A DNA stretch of 64,000 nt, from contig CM035361.1 in NCBI GenBank assembly GCA_020137815.1, positions 62,001-126,000 on the forward strand. The letters are read 5' to 3'. This document shows positions 36,097-48,300 of the stretch, one piece after another. The notes under the pieces are model-generated. The model had not been told where the DNA came from. It made no database searches and was given only the letters and a program-made list of their open reading frames with translations. A program made the position numbers and the translations under genes. The DNA is from Hormiphora californensis. Taxonomy: Eukaryota > Animalia > Ctenophora. Numbering within the stretch: the stretch's first letter is position 1; each line of letters starts with the position of its first letter.

Positions 36097-36821
36097 GGGT
36101 AGAAAGGGGTAAAATGGCACACTTTCTAACGTTTTAGGTTCTAAAATACTCAATTTATACAGCAAGAAGAAAAAAAATTATATAGGCTATCCAATGAAAC
36201 GTTTTCCTTTCAGACGAGCTAAATTTTAAAATCTGAAAGTTTTATTTAATAGCTTAATTAATCAATTCAAAAAGTTTGGTAGGGCTTTTTTTGGAAATTT
36301 TGCACTGGGGTAAAATGGTCCAGCCAATAGCATTGCTCGATTTTTATCACGTGCCTGGTGTTGTTAGAGCACTGGGGTAAAATGGTCCATGTTATCTTCA
36401 GTAATTTCTGTTCTGCTGGACCATTTTACCCCAGTGTGCTGGACCATTTTACCCCAGTTGGTATCACGTGGTATTGGAGGCTCGATTTCATTGGTCCCAG
36501 GGTGAACCATTTTACCCCAGCGAGGGTGAACCATTTTACCCCAGTTTGACTAATTTGACAATTTAATCAACTTAATAGTGGGTTTTTTGAAAAATTTTTA
36601 TACCAAGTTTTAGAAGGATAAAAACCCTAACTGGCAGTTTTTGCAAAATTAAAATCGGCCAACTCAAACAGAAATTACAGCAGTTTTAAAGCAAAAATTC
36701 GGAACAGAACGAGCAGGTCTCCGCTGGAGAAAAAGTCACGTGACTACATGTAATAACTAGGACCATTTTACCCCATACATGTGCCATTTTACCCCGTGTG
36801 CCATTTTACCCCTTTCTACCC
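36097..36821. mobile_element. MITE (TA-GGGTAGAAAGGGGTAAAATGGCACAC TIR), related to 31170-33035
   Basis: TIRs and TA flanks; internal CCATTTTACCCC motifs. Confidence 0.8.
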
Positions 36822-39800
36822 TACATGACGAAGACTTCTTAGTCTGTAGAGATGGTATCTCCTTCCGGCTGGGTCAACAGGGACAAAATGAAAATACGGT
36901 GGTCTATTATTAGAACAGTTTCGATGTAACAACATCTTCATCAGCCTCAAATTAAGTTTCAAACTTTTCAACACTACTTTAAACAAATTAATTTGAGGCT
37001 GATAAAAATGTTGTTACATCGAAACTGTTCTGATTAATAAACCACCATATTTTCATTTTGTCCCTGTTGACCCAGCCGGAAAACCATTTCTACAGGCTAT
37101 TATCATGCGGCTCATAAACAATTATCTGATACTTATCCTGAAGGCTTCTTATACGCACACAAATCATAGCGCTGGAAAGCGCTTGGGTTCAAACCCCCTA
37201 AGGCGAAACTCTAACTGAATGGCATCCCATTAATGGGATCCCATCAACAGTAAAACTCTAACTGATAATGGACCACAGTGATGGTTCTTTCTCTGTATTC
37301 TCTCTGTAGGCAGTACATTAATGTACATTAATGTACATTAATGTACATTAATGTAGGCAGTACATTAATGTACATTAATGTACTGCCTACAGAGAGAATA
37401 CAGAGAAAGAACCATCACTGTGGTCCATTATCAGTTAGAGTTTTACTGTTGATGGGATCCCATTAATGGGATGCCATTCAGTTAGAGTTTTCCCTTATCA
37501 ATTAGAGTTTTACTGTTGATGGGATCCCATTAATGGGATGCCATTCAGTTAGAGTTTCCCCACTGAGCAAAGATTTTGAGAAATGTGCTAGTATATGAGT
37601 GTTTAGTTACCCAATACAATAGAAGTTAAGTAAGCTGTAAGGCAACATTAATCATCAACATCAAGAAAGCTCCCGGTTCCGGCTGAGAGAAAGTGTGTGT
37701 CTTATAAGGATCACTGGTCGGGCTCCCTTGCAATTGCGAACTCAGGGGACGGAGTTATAAGTCATTACAGGTTGCTACTGTAATTGTGTACAGTCGCCTG
37801 CAAATCAATAAGGCGTGTGGAAATTAGGGGTCTACTATGCAGTAAGGTACTGTGACATTAAATGTTAAACTGGAGTCCGGGTTAATTAACTGTCTCACTA
37901 CACGTGACTTGTCATATATTAATCTAGCTGGATCACGTGTATGCATGGGAACCTCTCTTCCTATGAAACTCATTCTCTCGCCTTCTCCATCACGTCTACT
38001 TGTATCAGAGTACCTGCTGCTGCACTGGTCTAGACGAATTTTCGGGGAGGGGGTGAAGGATGGCTAACTAATTAATGTAACTAACAGGCAACTCTCCCTT
38101 GTTGCATGCCTTCATGAGAAGTCCCCTCCCATTATGTTTTTATATATCCCGGCAGTACACATTTTGTGTCACCGTGGGTTGCGCGTGTATCGACAGCATG
38201 TTATTAGAGGATATTACCACGCGCTAGCGTAGTACATCATCACTTAAAGTGAAAGTGGACCGACACAGAATTGGACAATGTTGTTGTAGGTAGTAGAGAT
38301 TATTTTTCTGAGTCTTTTGCTTTTATCCCCGCTTAAAATTGGCGCCTCCATCACTGGGATACTTTTGTTATGTTGGGAGCATGACGTCACGCATCTATCT
38401 CTGTAGTCTCTCTGTAGGCAGCACATCGAACATGCCCGGGCACACACACATAGGGTATAACAGTCTTAAATAAACACTACCTTACTTACTGTATATTAGC
38501 GAACCTAAAATTAAGAATATGGCCAAAAATTATTCTTAATTTTGTTATTCTTAATTTTAGAGTTCCTTTTTTTACAACTTCTTCCACTCTGATAAGGGAA
38601 AGCGTATCATGGATAGTGGCTGGAGAGCAGCTGACATCATTGATGCGTTGGAGAGTGCACGTAGTGACAGTGTTGTAAATGATTTGGTTGACCCCTTTGC
38701 TTCAATGGCAATTTGAAACAAGTATAGAATCTATATGTACTAAATTGTATTTTAGCCTTTTTATCCAAATTTTGGTCATATTCTTCGCTAGAAAATTTAT
38801 TCTTAATTTTGTTATTCTTAATTTTAGAAGCGATAATTTACGGTTCGCTAATATACAGTAAGTAAGGTATTTCATTATAATAGAGACTAGCGCACCCATT
38901 GGGTGCCCCTCAAGTAAGGGCTTTTTAGTAAACCACCCGGCTTCGCCGGGTGGTTCTTTTCGCCAACCGACCCAGAGAATATATGGGACACCCTGTATGT
39001 GCTCCAATTAATGATTACGGGAGAAAGACTTGAAATATCTCTTAGAGTCTCCGGATGCTTGATCAGGACACCAACCTTCACCTTTGTACAAAGTTTCATC
39101 AAAATCAGCCGAAAAAACTAAGTCAGATTTTTGTTATGATCCACAAAATTTCAAATACCGATAACACCATAATGAAAACATTTTGTGAAAAATTAACACT
39201 TGTTTAGAGGTCGTATCGAGGCTCCAAACAAATGTAAAACTGGAACAATTGGGAGGGGTCGGTGTAGCTCGCTAGCTACTTTGTACCAACGGGGCTGAAT
39301 TCAAAGGAGATTTGTGCAGGCCGCAGGGTTACACTTCCAAACGGGGGCTCTACTTGAAGGATTCCCTAGTAAAGAAAGCAAATCAAATACAACTAATCTT
39401 AATAGTTTTGCTCTTTCATTCCTAATCACTTGGTGTCACCCCTCTTTCTAATTCCGTCTCCAACTATATTTATTCATTAACATCTCCTTGGTCAAATCAA
39501 AGAAGTTCTCCAAAGCCCTACATTAAAGAGTAATGACCGGGTTCACACAGGAAATTGTTAGATGAACAATGGAGAGGTGATAACAATTGACAAGCCGGAA
39601 GAGGACTCCCAGAATCAGAGAGAAAAAGAAGAGAGGGGAGAGTGAGACAGAAAAACAAAGAGACGGAGAAGGAGGGAGAAAGAGACATAGATATATATAT
39701 ATATATATATATATCTATGTCTCTTTCTCCCTCCTTCTCCGTCTCTTTGTTTTTCTGTCTCACTCTCCCTCTCTTCTTTTTCTCTCTGATTCTGGGAGTC

Positions 39801-42800
39801 CTCTTCCGGCTTGTCAATTGTTATCACCTCTCCATTGTTCATCTAACAATTTCCTGTGTGAACCCGGTCATTACTCTTTAATGTAGGGCTTTGGAGAACT
39901 TCTTTGATTTGACCAAGGAGATGTTAATGAATAAATATAGTTGGAGACGGAATTAGAAAGAGGGGTGACACCAAGTGATTAGGAATGAAAGAGCAAAACT
40001 ATTAAGATTAGTTGTATTTGATTTGCTTTCTTTACTAGGGAATCCTTCAAGTAGAGCCCCCGTTTGGAAGTGTAACCCTGCGGCCTGCACAAATCTCCTT
40101 TGAATTCAGCCCCGTTGGTACAAAGTAGCTAGCGAGCTACACCGACCCCTCCCAATTGTTCCAGTTTTACATTTGTTTGGAGCCTCGATACGACCTCTAA
40201 ACAAGTGTTAATTTTTCACAAAATGTTTTCATTATGGTGTTATCGGTATTTGAAATTTTGTGGATCATAACAAAAATCTGACTTAGTTTTTTCGGCTGAT
40301 TTTGATGAAACTTTGTACAAAGGTGAAGGTTGGTGTCCTGATCAAGCATCCGGAGACTCTAAGAGATATTTCAAGTCTTTCTCCCGTAATCATTAATCCC
40401 GGTGGAGCACATACAGGGTGTCCCATATATTCTCTGGGTCGGTTGGCGAAAAGAACCACCCGGCGAAGCCGGGTGGTTTACTAAAAAGCCCTTACTTGAG
40501 GGGCACCCAATGGGTGCGCTAGTCTCTATTATAATGAAATACCTTACTTACTGTATATTAGCGAACCGTAAATTATCGCTTCTAAAATTAAGAATAACAA
40601 AATTAAGAATAAATTTTCTAGCGAAGAATATGACCAAAATTTGGATAAAAAGGCTAAAATACAATTTAGTACATATAGATTCTATACTTGTTTCAAATTG
40701 CCATTGAAGCAAAGGGGTCAACCAAATCATTTACAACACTGTCACTACGTGCACTCTCCAACGCATCAATGATGTCAGCTGCTCTCCAGCCACTATCCAT
40801 GATACGCTTTCCCTTATCAGAGTGGAAGAAGTTGTAAAAAAAGGAACTCTAAAATTAAGAATAACAAAATTAAGAATAATTTTTGGCCATATTCTTAATT
40901 TTAGGTTCGCTAATATACAGTAAGTAAGGTAGTGTTTATTTAAGACTGTTATACCCTATGTGTGTGTGCCCGGGCATGTTCGATGTGCTGCCTACAGAGA
41001 GACTACAGAGATAGATGCGTGACGTCATGCTCCCAACATAACAAAAGTATCCCAGTGATGGAGGCGCCAATTTTAAGCGGGGATAAAAGCAAAAGACTCA
41101 GAAAAATAATCTCTACTACCTACAACAACATTGTCCAATTCTGTGTCGGTCCACTTTCACTTTAAGTGATGATGTACTACGCTAGCGCGTGGTAATATCC
41201 TCTAATAACATGCTGTCGATACACGCGCAACCCACGGTGACACAAAATGTGTACTGCCGGGATATATAAAAACATAATGGGAGGGGACTTCTCATGAAGG
41301 CATGCAACAAGGGAGAGTTGCCTGTTAGTTACATTAATTAGTTAGCCATCCTTCACCCCCTCCCCGAAAATTCGTCTAGACCAGTGCAGCAGCAGGTACT
41401 CTGATACAAGTAGACGTGATGGAGAAGGCGAGAGAATGAGTTTCATAGGAAGAGAGGTTCCCATGCATACACGTGATCCAGCTAGATTAATATATGACAA
41501 GTCACGTGTAGTGAGACAGTTAATTAACCCGGACTCCAGTTTAACATTTAATGTCACAGTACCTTACTGCATAGTAGACCCCTAATTTCCACACGCCTTA
41601 TTGATTTGCAGGCGACTGTACACAATTACAGTAGCAACCTGTAATGACTTATAACTCCGTCCCTGAGTTCGCAATTGCAAGGGAGCCCGACCAGTGATCC
41701 TTATAAGACACACACTTTCTCTCAGCCGGAACCGGGAGCTTCTTGATGTTGATGATTAATGTTGCCTTACAGCTTACTTAACTTCTATTGTATTGGGTAA
41801 CTAAACACTCATATACTAGCACATTTCTCAAAATCTTTGCTCAGTGGGGAAACTCTAACTGAATGGCATCCCATTAATGGGATCCCATCAACAGTAAAAC
41901 TCTAATTGATAAGGGAAAACTCTAACTGAATGGCATCCCATCAACAGTAAAACTCTAACTGATAATGGACCACAGTGATGGTTCTTTCTCTGTATTCTCT
42001 CTGTAGGCAGTACATTAATGTACATTAATGTACTGCCTACATTAATGTACATTAATGTACATTAATGTACATTAATGTACTGCCTACAGAGAGAATACAG
42101 AGAAAGAACCATCACTGTGGTCCATTATCAGTTAGAGTTTTACTGTTGATGGGATCCCATTAATGGGATGCCATTCAGTTAGAGTTTCGCCTTAGGGGGT
42201 TTGAACCCAAGCGCTTTCCAGCGCTATGATTTGTGTGCGTATAAGAAGCCTTCAGGATAAGTATCAGATAATTGTTTATGAGCCGCATGATATAGCCTGT
42301 AGAAATGGTTTTCCGGCTGGGTCAACAGGGACAAAATGAAAATATGGTGGTTTATTAATCAGAACAGTTTCGATGTAACAACATTTTTATCAGCCTCAAA
42401 ATTAATTTGTTTAAAGTAGTGTTGAAAAGTTTGAAACTTAATTTGAGGCTGATGAAGATGTTGTTACATCGAAACTGTTCTAATAATAGACCACCGTATT
42501 TTCATTTTGTCCCTGTTGACCCAGCCGGAAGGAGATACCATCTCTACAGACTAAGAAGTCTTCGTCATGTAGGGTAGAAAAGGGGGTAAAATGGCACACG
42601 GGGTAAAATGGCACATGTATGGGGTAAAATGGTCCTAGTTATTACATGTAGTCACGTGACTTTTTCTCCAGCGGAGACCTGCTCGTTCTGTTTCCGAATT
42701 TTTGCTTTAAAACTGCTGTAATTTCTGTTTGAGTTGGCCGATTTTAATTTTGCAAAAACTGCCAGTTAGGGGTTTTTATCCTTCTAAAACTTGGTATAAA

Positions 42801-43492
42801 AATTTTTCAAAAAAACCCACTATTAAGTTGATTAAATTGTCAAATTAGTCAAACTGGGGTAAAATGGTTCACCCTCGCTGGGGTAAAATGGTTCACCCTG
42901 GGACCAATGAAATCGAGCCTCCAATACCACGTGATACCAACTGGGGTAAAATGGTCCAGCACACTGGGGTAAAATGGTCGCAGCAGAACAGAAATTACTG
43001 AAGATAACATGGACCATTTTACCCCAGTGCTCTAACAACACCAGGCACGTGATAAAAATCGAGCAATGCTATTGGCTGGACCATTTTACCCCAGTGCAAA
43101 TTTCCAAAAAAAAGCCCTACCAAACTTTTTGAATTGATTAATTAAGCTATTAAATAAAACTTTCAGATTTTAAAATTTAGCTCGTCTGAAAGGAAAACGT
43201 TTCATTGGATAGCCTATATAATTTTTTTTCTTCTTGCTGTATAAATTGAGTATTTTAGAACCTAAAACGTTAGAAAGTGTGCCATTTTACCCCTTTCTAC
43301 CCTAAATAAAATTCATATACAATATATACAGTTGTAGAAGTCGACAGTTGGGTGATCGGATAACTGTTTATTAGCCTCATGTTTGATAGTCAGAGTTTTT
43401 GTTATTCTCTCTGTGGCTGAACAAATGAACCCGTCTGGTTCATTTGTTCAGCCACAGAGAGAATACAAAAACTCTGACAGTTGTAGAAGTCA

Positions 43493-43869
43493 ATGAACCA
43501 ATGTAACGCTGGCAATTTTTCTGCTATGTACCATACTCCTTCCTTGCGCTAAGAGGTAAGTATTGAAAGAAAACCCAGGCAAAAATATACCTCACTTGGG
43601 TTTTGCATTTTTTTCTTGCGGGGCGGGTGATAAACATCCCGCTCCCTTTCTTTAGTAAAATATCATCTCAGAATAGCGCCAAAATGGCAAATACACTGTT
43701 TCCAATCAATCAATCAAAGCTACCACGGTGGTAGCAGTCAGTTTTTTTTTCAGTACAGAGGAAGTACCGGGATACTTGGTGGACTTGTATAATAAATTCA
43801 GCTCTGGTACTGGGCCTATTGAGGAAGAGGAGCGAACAAGCAATAAGATATTGACAGTCCTACAATTAG
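43493..43869 (+). pseudogene. Duplicated BMP exons 1-2 in the right palindrome arm, frameshifted, with no downstream exons
   Basis: Exon copies at 43493-43555 (extra G at ~43511) and 43754-43869. Confidence 0.7.
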
Positions 43870-45035
43870 GTAAGAGTCGGGCACTAACGTGCTCGAATCA
43901 TGCACTAAGGGCGTGCACAGACTGATTAAACTTGATCACGACCATATGTGGTCAAGATTTTGACCGAAACGGTGATAGTTGTGCAAAAACAAACTACGGG
44001 AACATGCTGGAACGATTCCTTGATAACTTTTTGCAATTATTATAATATAGATTAAGCCAAAAAAACTAATTGAAATCAGTTGGCGGGAAAGGTGACCCAC
44101 TTACACCTTTTGCTACTGCCGGGTATCACCACGAACTCTCATTCTATCCCTCGGTATCTCAATCTCTTATTTTTCGAGGGTAACTTATTCCCGTTCGTTC
44201 TAGCCTCTCTTCCTCCTGTCTCCCTTCTCTTCTCTCCTCTTTCTCTCTTCTCTCTCTCCCCTCTCTCTCTCCCCCTCCCTCTTTGCTTCCGCTCCTTTTC
44301 ATTCTCCCCTCTCCTCCTCTCCTCTCTCTCCTCCTCCTCGCTCGCTCTCCTCCTCTCTCTCTCTCTCCCCTCTCTCCCTTAATTTGTATGGGAAACCATA
44401 GTTCTAGATCATTCCCAACAAATCAAAAAAACTCAAAAATTGCAAACTACTGTTCCCCCGACCCGCTCTGTCCGCCAACTTTCTGACCAATTCGAGGTTC
44501 CTCCGACCAGCATTCCGCATGGTATCCCTTCTTCCTAACAATCTCTTCTCGGCAGAGCGAGGCTAGCTGAGCTAGGAGGAGACGAGAGAAGGAGAGAGCG
44601 AGAGAGAGAGAGAGAGAGAGTAGGAGGGAGAGAGAGAGAGAGAGAGGGCGAGCGAGCGAGAGAGGAGAGAGAGCGCGCGCGAGAGAGAGCGCGAGAAGCG
44701 TATCGGCGCGAGGAGAGAGAGAGACTTCGCGAGATAGGCGAGCTAGACGAACAGAGCCGCGACGCGAGCGAGCCGAGAGCGGAGAGCTCTCTTCTATCTC
44801 CATCTCTCTCTCTTATCTCTCTCGAGCTCTGCTTCATCTCTCTCTCTCTCCCTCTCTCTCTCCCTCTCTCACAAATATTGCAGTGTACTATAGATTGTCA
44901 CCCCATCCCCCTATCGTGGTCCTGTTCATTTCAGTTTGTTGGTGTGCGTATTGTCTGCAGCAGTGTACAATTCATCGAAATTATATGTTGCAGATTGTGT
45001 ACAATGATTTGAATGTGTCTACTTTAAACTGTCAG

Positions 45036-45285
45036 CTAACACCCCTAACACCCTAACACCCTAACACCCCTAATTTAATACCCCTAACACCCCTAACACC
45101 CCTAACACCCTAACACCCCTAATTTAATACCCCTAACACCCCCAATACCCCTAACACCCCCTAAAACCCCTAACACCCCTAACACCCCTAAAACCCCTAA
45201 CACCCCTAACACCCCTAACACCCCCAATACCTCTAACACCCTAACACCCCTAATTTAATACCCCTAACACCCCTAACACCCTAAA
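45036..45285. repeat. (CACCCCTAA)n-type repeat just upstream of the astacin gene
   Basis: Read directly from the sequence. Confidence 0.9.
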
Positions 45286-45320
45286 ATCACCGTAACATCC
45301 TATCATCTTCCTCAAGGAAT

Positions 45321-45329
45321 CTATAAAGA
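45321..45329 (+). promoter_or_regulatory. Possible TATA box (CTATAAAGA) upstream of the astacin ATG
   Basis: Motif match and position only. Confidence 0.25.
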
Positions 45330-45347
45330 GGATATGTAGAAGGAGGA

Positions 45348-48300
45348 ATGGTTCGATTATTTCACATATTTACCCTCATCGCCCTACTTCCCCACTCGAC
45401 CCATCAGAGGCAACACGGTAGGACTTTGTTTCCCAGCAATTCATTAATCAGTGTCCTTATCTTCCTTACCCAGGCCCATTAAGTTATTCTAGGCGTCCTC
45501 CATATTGTTTTACAGTTGTTTCTAAAACTGTAGTGGAGGGGATGTTCAGGATATACTAGCCTACATTTAAATACTTGTTACCTATAATAATGGTTAGATT
45601 GTATTACTTCAATCATTTATGGTTAGGTTTTGGATTTTGAACACAGTATGTATGAGGCATGGTTATCGGTGAGAATATTCAGAAATTACAGCTCGTTACT
45701 GTGTATGACGCATAACGATATAGTCAGAAGCTAATTAACCGTTCTACCAAAAAATTATAGGAGTCGCTTGAGCATTCTTCATTACACACTGTAATATATA
45801 CTATATACTATGAAACCATTTCTCTTTACTAACTGACAGGTCCTTCATAATACCCCCCACTATAATTTTAACCTACCAGTCTTCCATTACCCCCCCCCCC
45901 CCCCCCCAACTATAATTTTAACTTACCACTCTTGCAGGCTTCGCAATCGGAGAGGTGCCTGAGATTACAGAAAAGAAGAGAGCACATCACAACAAAGGTA
46001 TGTATAAATTTCTAGCGGCACCGATCACCCGATCTGAACGCACTATTTGAGAATCAAAACAGAGCCTGAAACTTCTTCTATTGCTATTCATACTTTCCCC
46101 AGTACATTCGGACCAATATTTGCCACACGTTGTACCCTTAAGATCCCTTGCAGCCCGATAAAGGCCCCGCAACCATAATAAAATTAGTTGGTCAACCATA
46201 ATAAAATTAGTTCTCAGATTAACCATTTTTATCATCTTTAGGGAGTTCAAAGCATCACGACAGAAAAAGAGAAAAGTGGAGAAAGAAAGAGAGCAGTACT
46301 GCTGGAAATGAGATAGACCTGAATCATGCAGATTATGAAGATAGTGCCCTGGTTGCCGACCTTAATAAAAGTAAGTTGAAGCCGAACAACACAGCGTTCC
46401 CGAAAAATTCTGACAATTTATTGATTCAGAACCATTATATCGTTAACATCGTTGTGAAAGTAAGTAATGTATTTACTTGTATGTAATTAGTAATAGATAT
46501 AATAACTTAAATAACTATAACAGAGAGATACCAATAAAAGAAACATAAATATTAAAGTAAATCAGGTTTCTCGGGGTCCGACTGTTTAACTGCAGAGCAT
46601 AGCGTGAAATTAACTATAAAATATCAAGATTCAAGCTGTAAAAAGCTATCCGAGTATGGCGAGAGTTTAGTTAAGTACTTTAGAAATGCAAGGCCAGCTA
46701 GTGGGAAGGTTCGCACATATATAACTTCCTTACTCAGTCTGGCAGTTGAGCTGCTGAGAACTCAATGCTAGCTGACAGATGAGAACTGACACTGTGAATA
46801 CTTTCAGATATCATATTCGACAACTCGGTACAAGTGATACAAGGAGATATGCTAATTGATTCTGAGGATAGAAGGAGGTAATATATCGTCATTTTATCAT
46901 ATCAATAACTACTTGCTGCCACATTTTGCTAGTTATATGTAGTTCAATACTACTTTTTAGGATTACAAGAGGCGCAGTACGCCCCAACAGGAAGCTTTGG
47001 CCAAAAGGAATAATTTATTATTCCATTACAGAGGACCTGGGTGCGTAAGATATTACTATAAATTAATATAAACTGGAGTTGCTCCTCTCTAATCGCGATA
47101 TCTCCAGCTGCAGCTAGTTTTCATAACCTATCGTTGTGTGTAGTTGTTTGACCCTCCTTCCCCGCGTGTAGGGCAGTTAAAGGAACAGCTTGTGAAAAGT
47201 GCGATTAAACACATAGAGGAATCAACGTGTCTGAGGTTCAAAGAAAGATCTACGGAGGTTGATTTCCTTAACATAACATCAATGAAAGGGTTAGTCAGCT
47301 ACATATAGTTAGCTATATAATATATATATATAGTCAGCTATATCTGATTTGCTTTTGGTTAATCGAATATGTGTCTTCTAGACCTCAAGAGATATGTGTC
47401 TTCTAGAAGATATTTTATTTACAGGTGTACCTCCTTCGTCGGAAGGAGAGGAGGACCTCAGGAAGTGTCGGTTGGAAGCGGCTGTGTAACTAGAGGAATC
47501 ATCGCCCACGAACTGGCACACGCTATAGGTAATTAGAGAAAGAAATTTCCCTGAGATCCCTCACATAGCGACCCTAGGTAGCTGAGCTGCACCAATCATA
47601 TATAATGTTCTCACAACGAGCTGTATAAACGCAGTACTTCCCTGGCAGAGTATGCAGTACAGATGGTGGTTAGATGTTCTAATCTTAACGCACTCTTTGT
47701 ATATTATAGACACCGTGTGATTTCGAGCTGGTTCAATACCAAATACCAATCCGTTACTCGAAAACAGCATACTCAACAACACATCTCTCTCCAGGATTTT
47801 ATCACGAGCAGTCCCGTCCAGATAGAGATCTATACGTGGAGCTGCTTAAAGAAAATGTTAAGACTGACGAGCTTGGTTAGTTAAGTTCATACAAAAACCA
47901 GTGATCTATTTTTAGAAACATTACATGATTTGTTTCAGGTAACTTCAGAAAAAGGGACCCTTCTGAGGTGGATTCTCTAAATAGCCCCTACGATTACGGC
48001 AGTTTGATGCATTATGGACTGAAAGATTTCTCCGGGAACAAGCAACCTACACTTCGGGTTAGTAGGATATGTAGTAACCAGGAACCGACCGAATCAGGAA
48101 ATACTGGTCCCTAAATAACGAGTTCTAATTGGTTGTTTATGTTTTGGTCGGTTCCTGGTAGTAACTGCACACCATTTGTAATGGGATGCATTCGAATTGT
48201 GCAGATACTATTTGTATTATTTATGTCTGACTAACTTTTCTTCAGACATTGAGGCCGGTACCACCCGACGTGCAGATAGGACAGAGGGTAAAGCTGAGTG

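Noticed and set aside
44200-44870. ORFs in scrambled CT/GA sequence
   Set aside because: Low-complexity, probably low-quality consensus of a microsatellite
46430-46459. Possible extra astacin exons (also 51755-51778 and 51902-51942)
   Set aside because: Phase-incompatible with the neighbouring exons or unnecessary; no motif support
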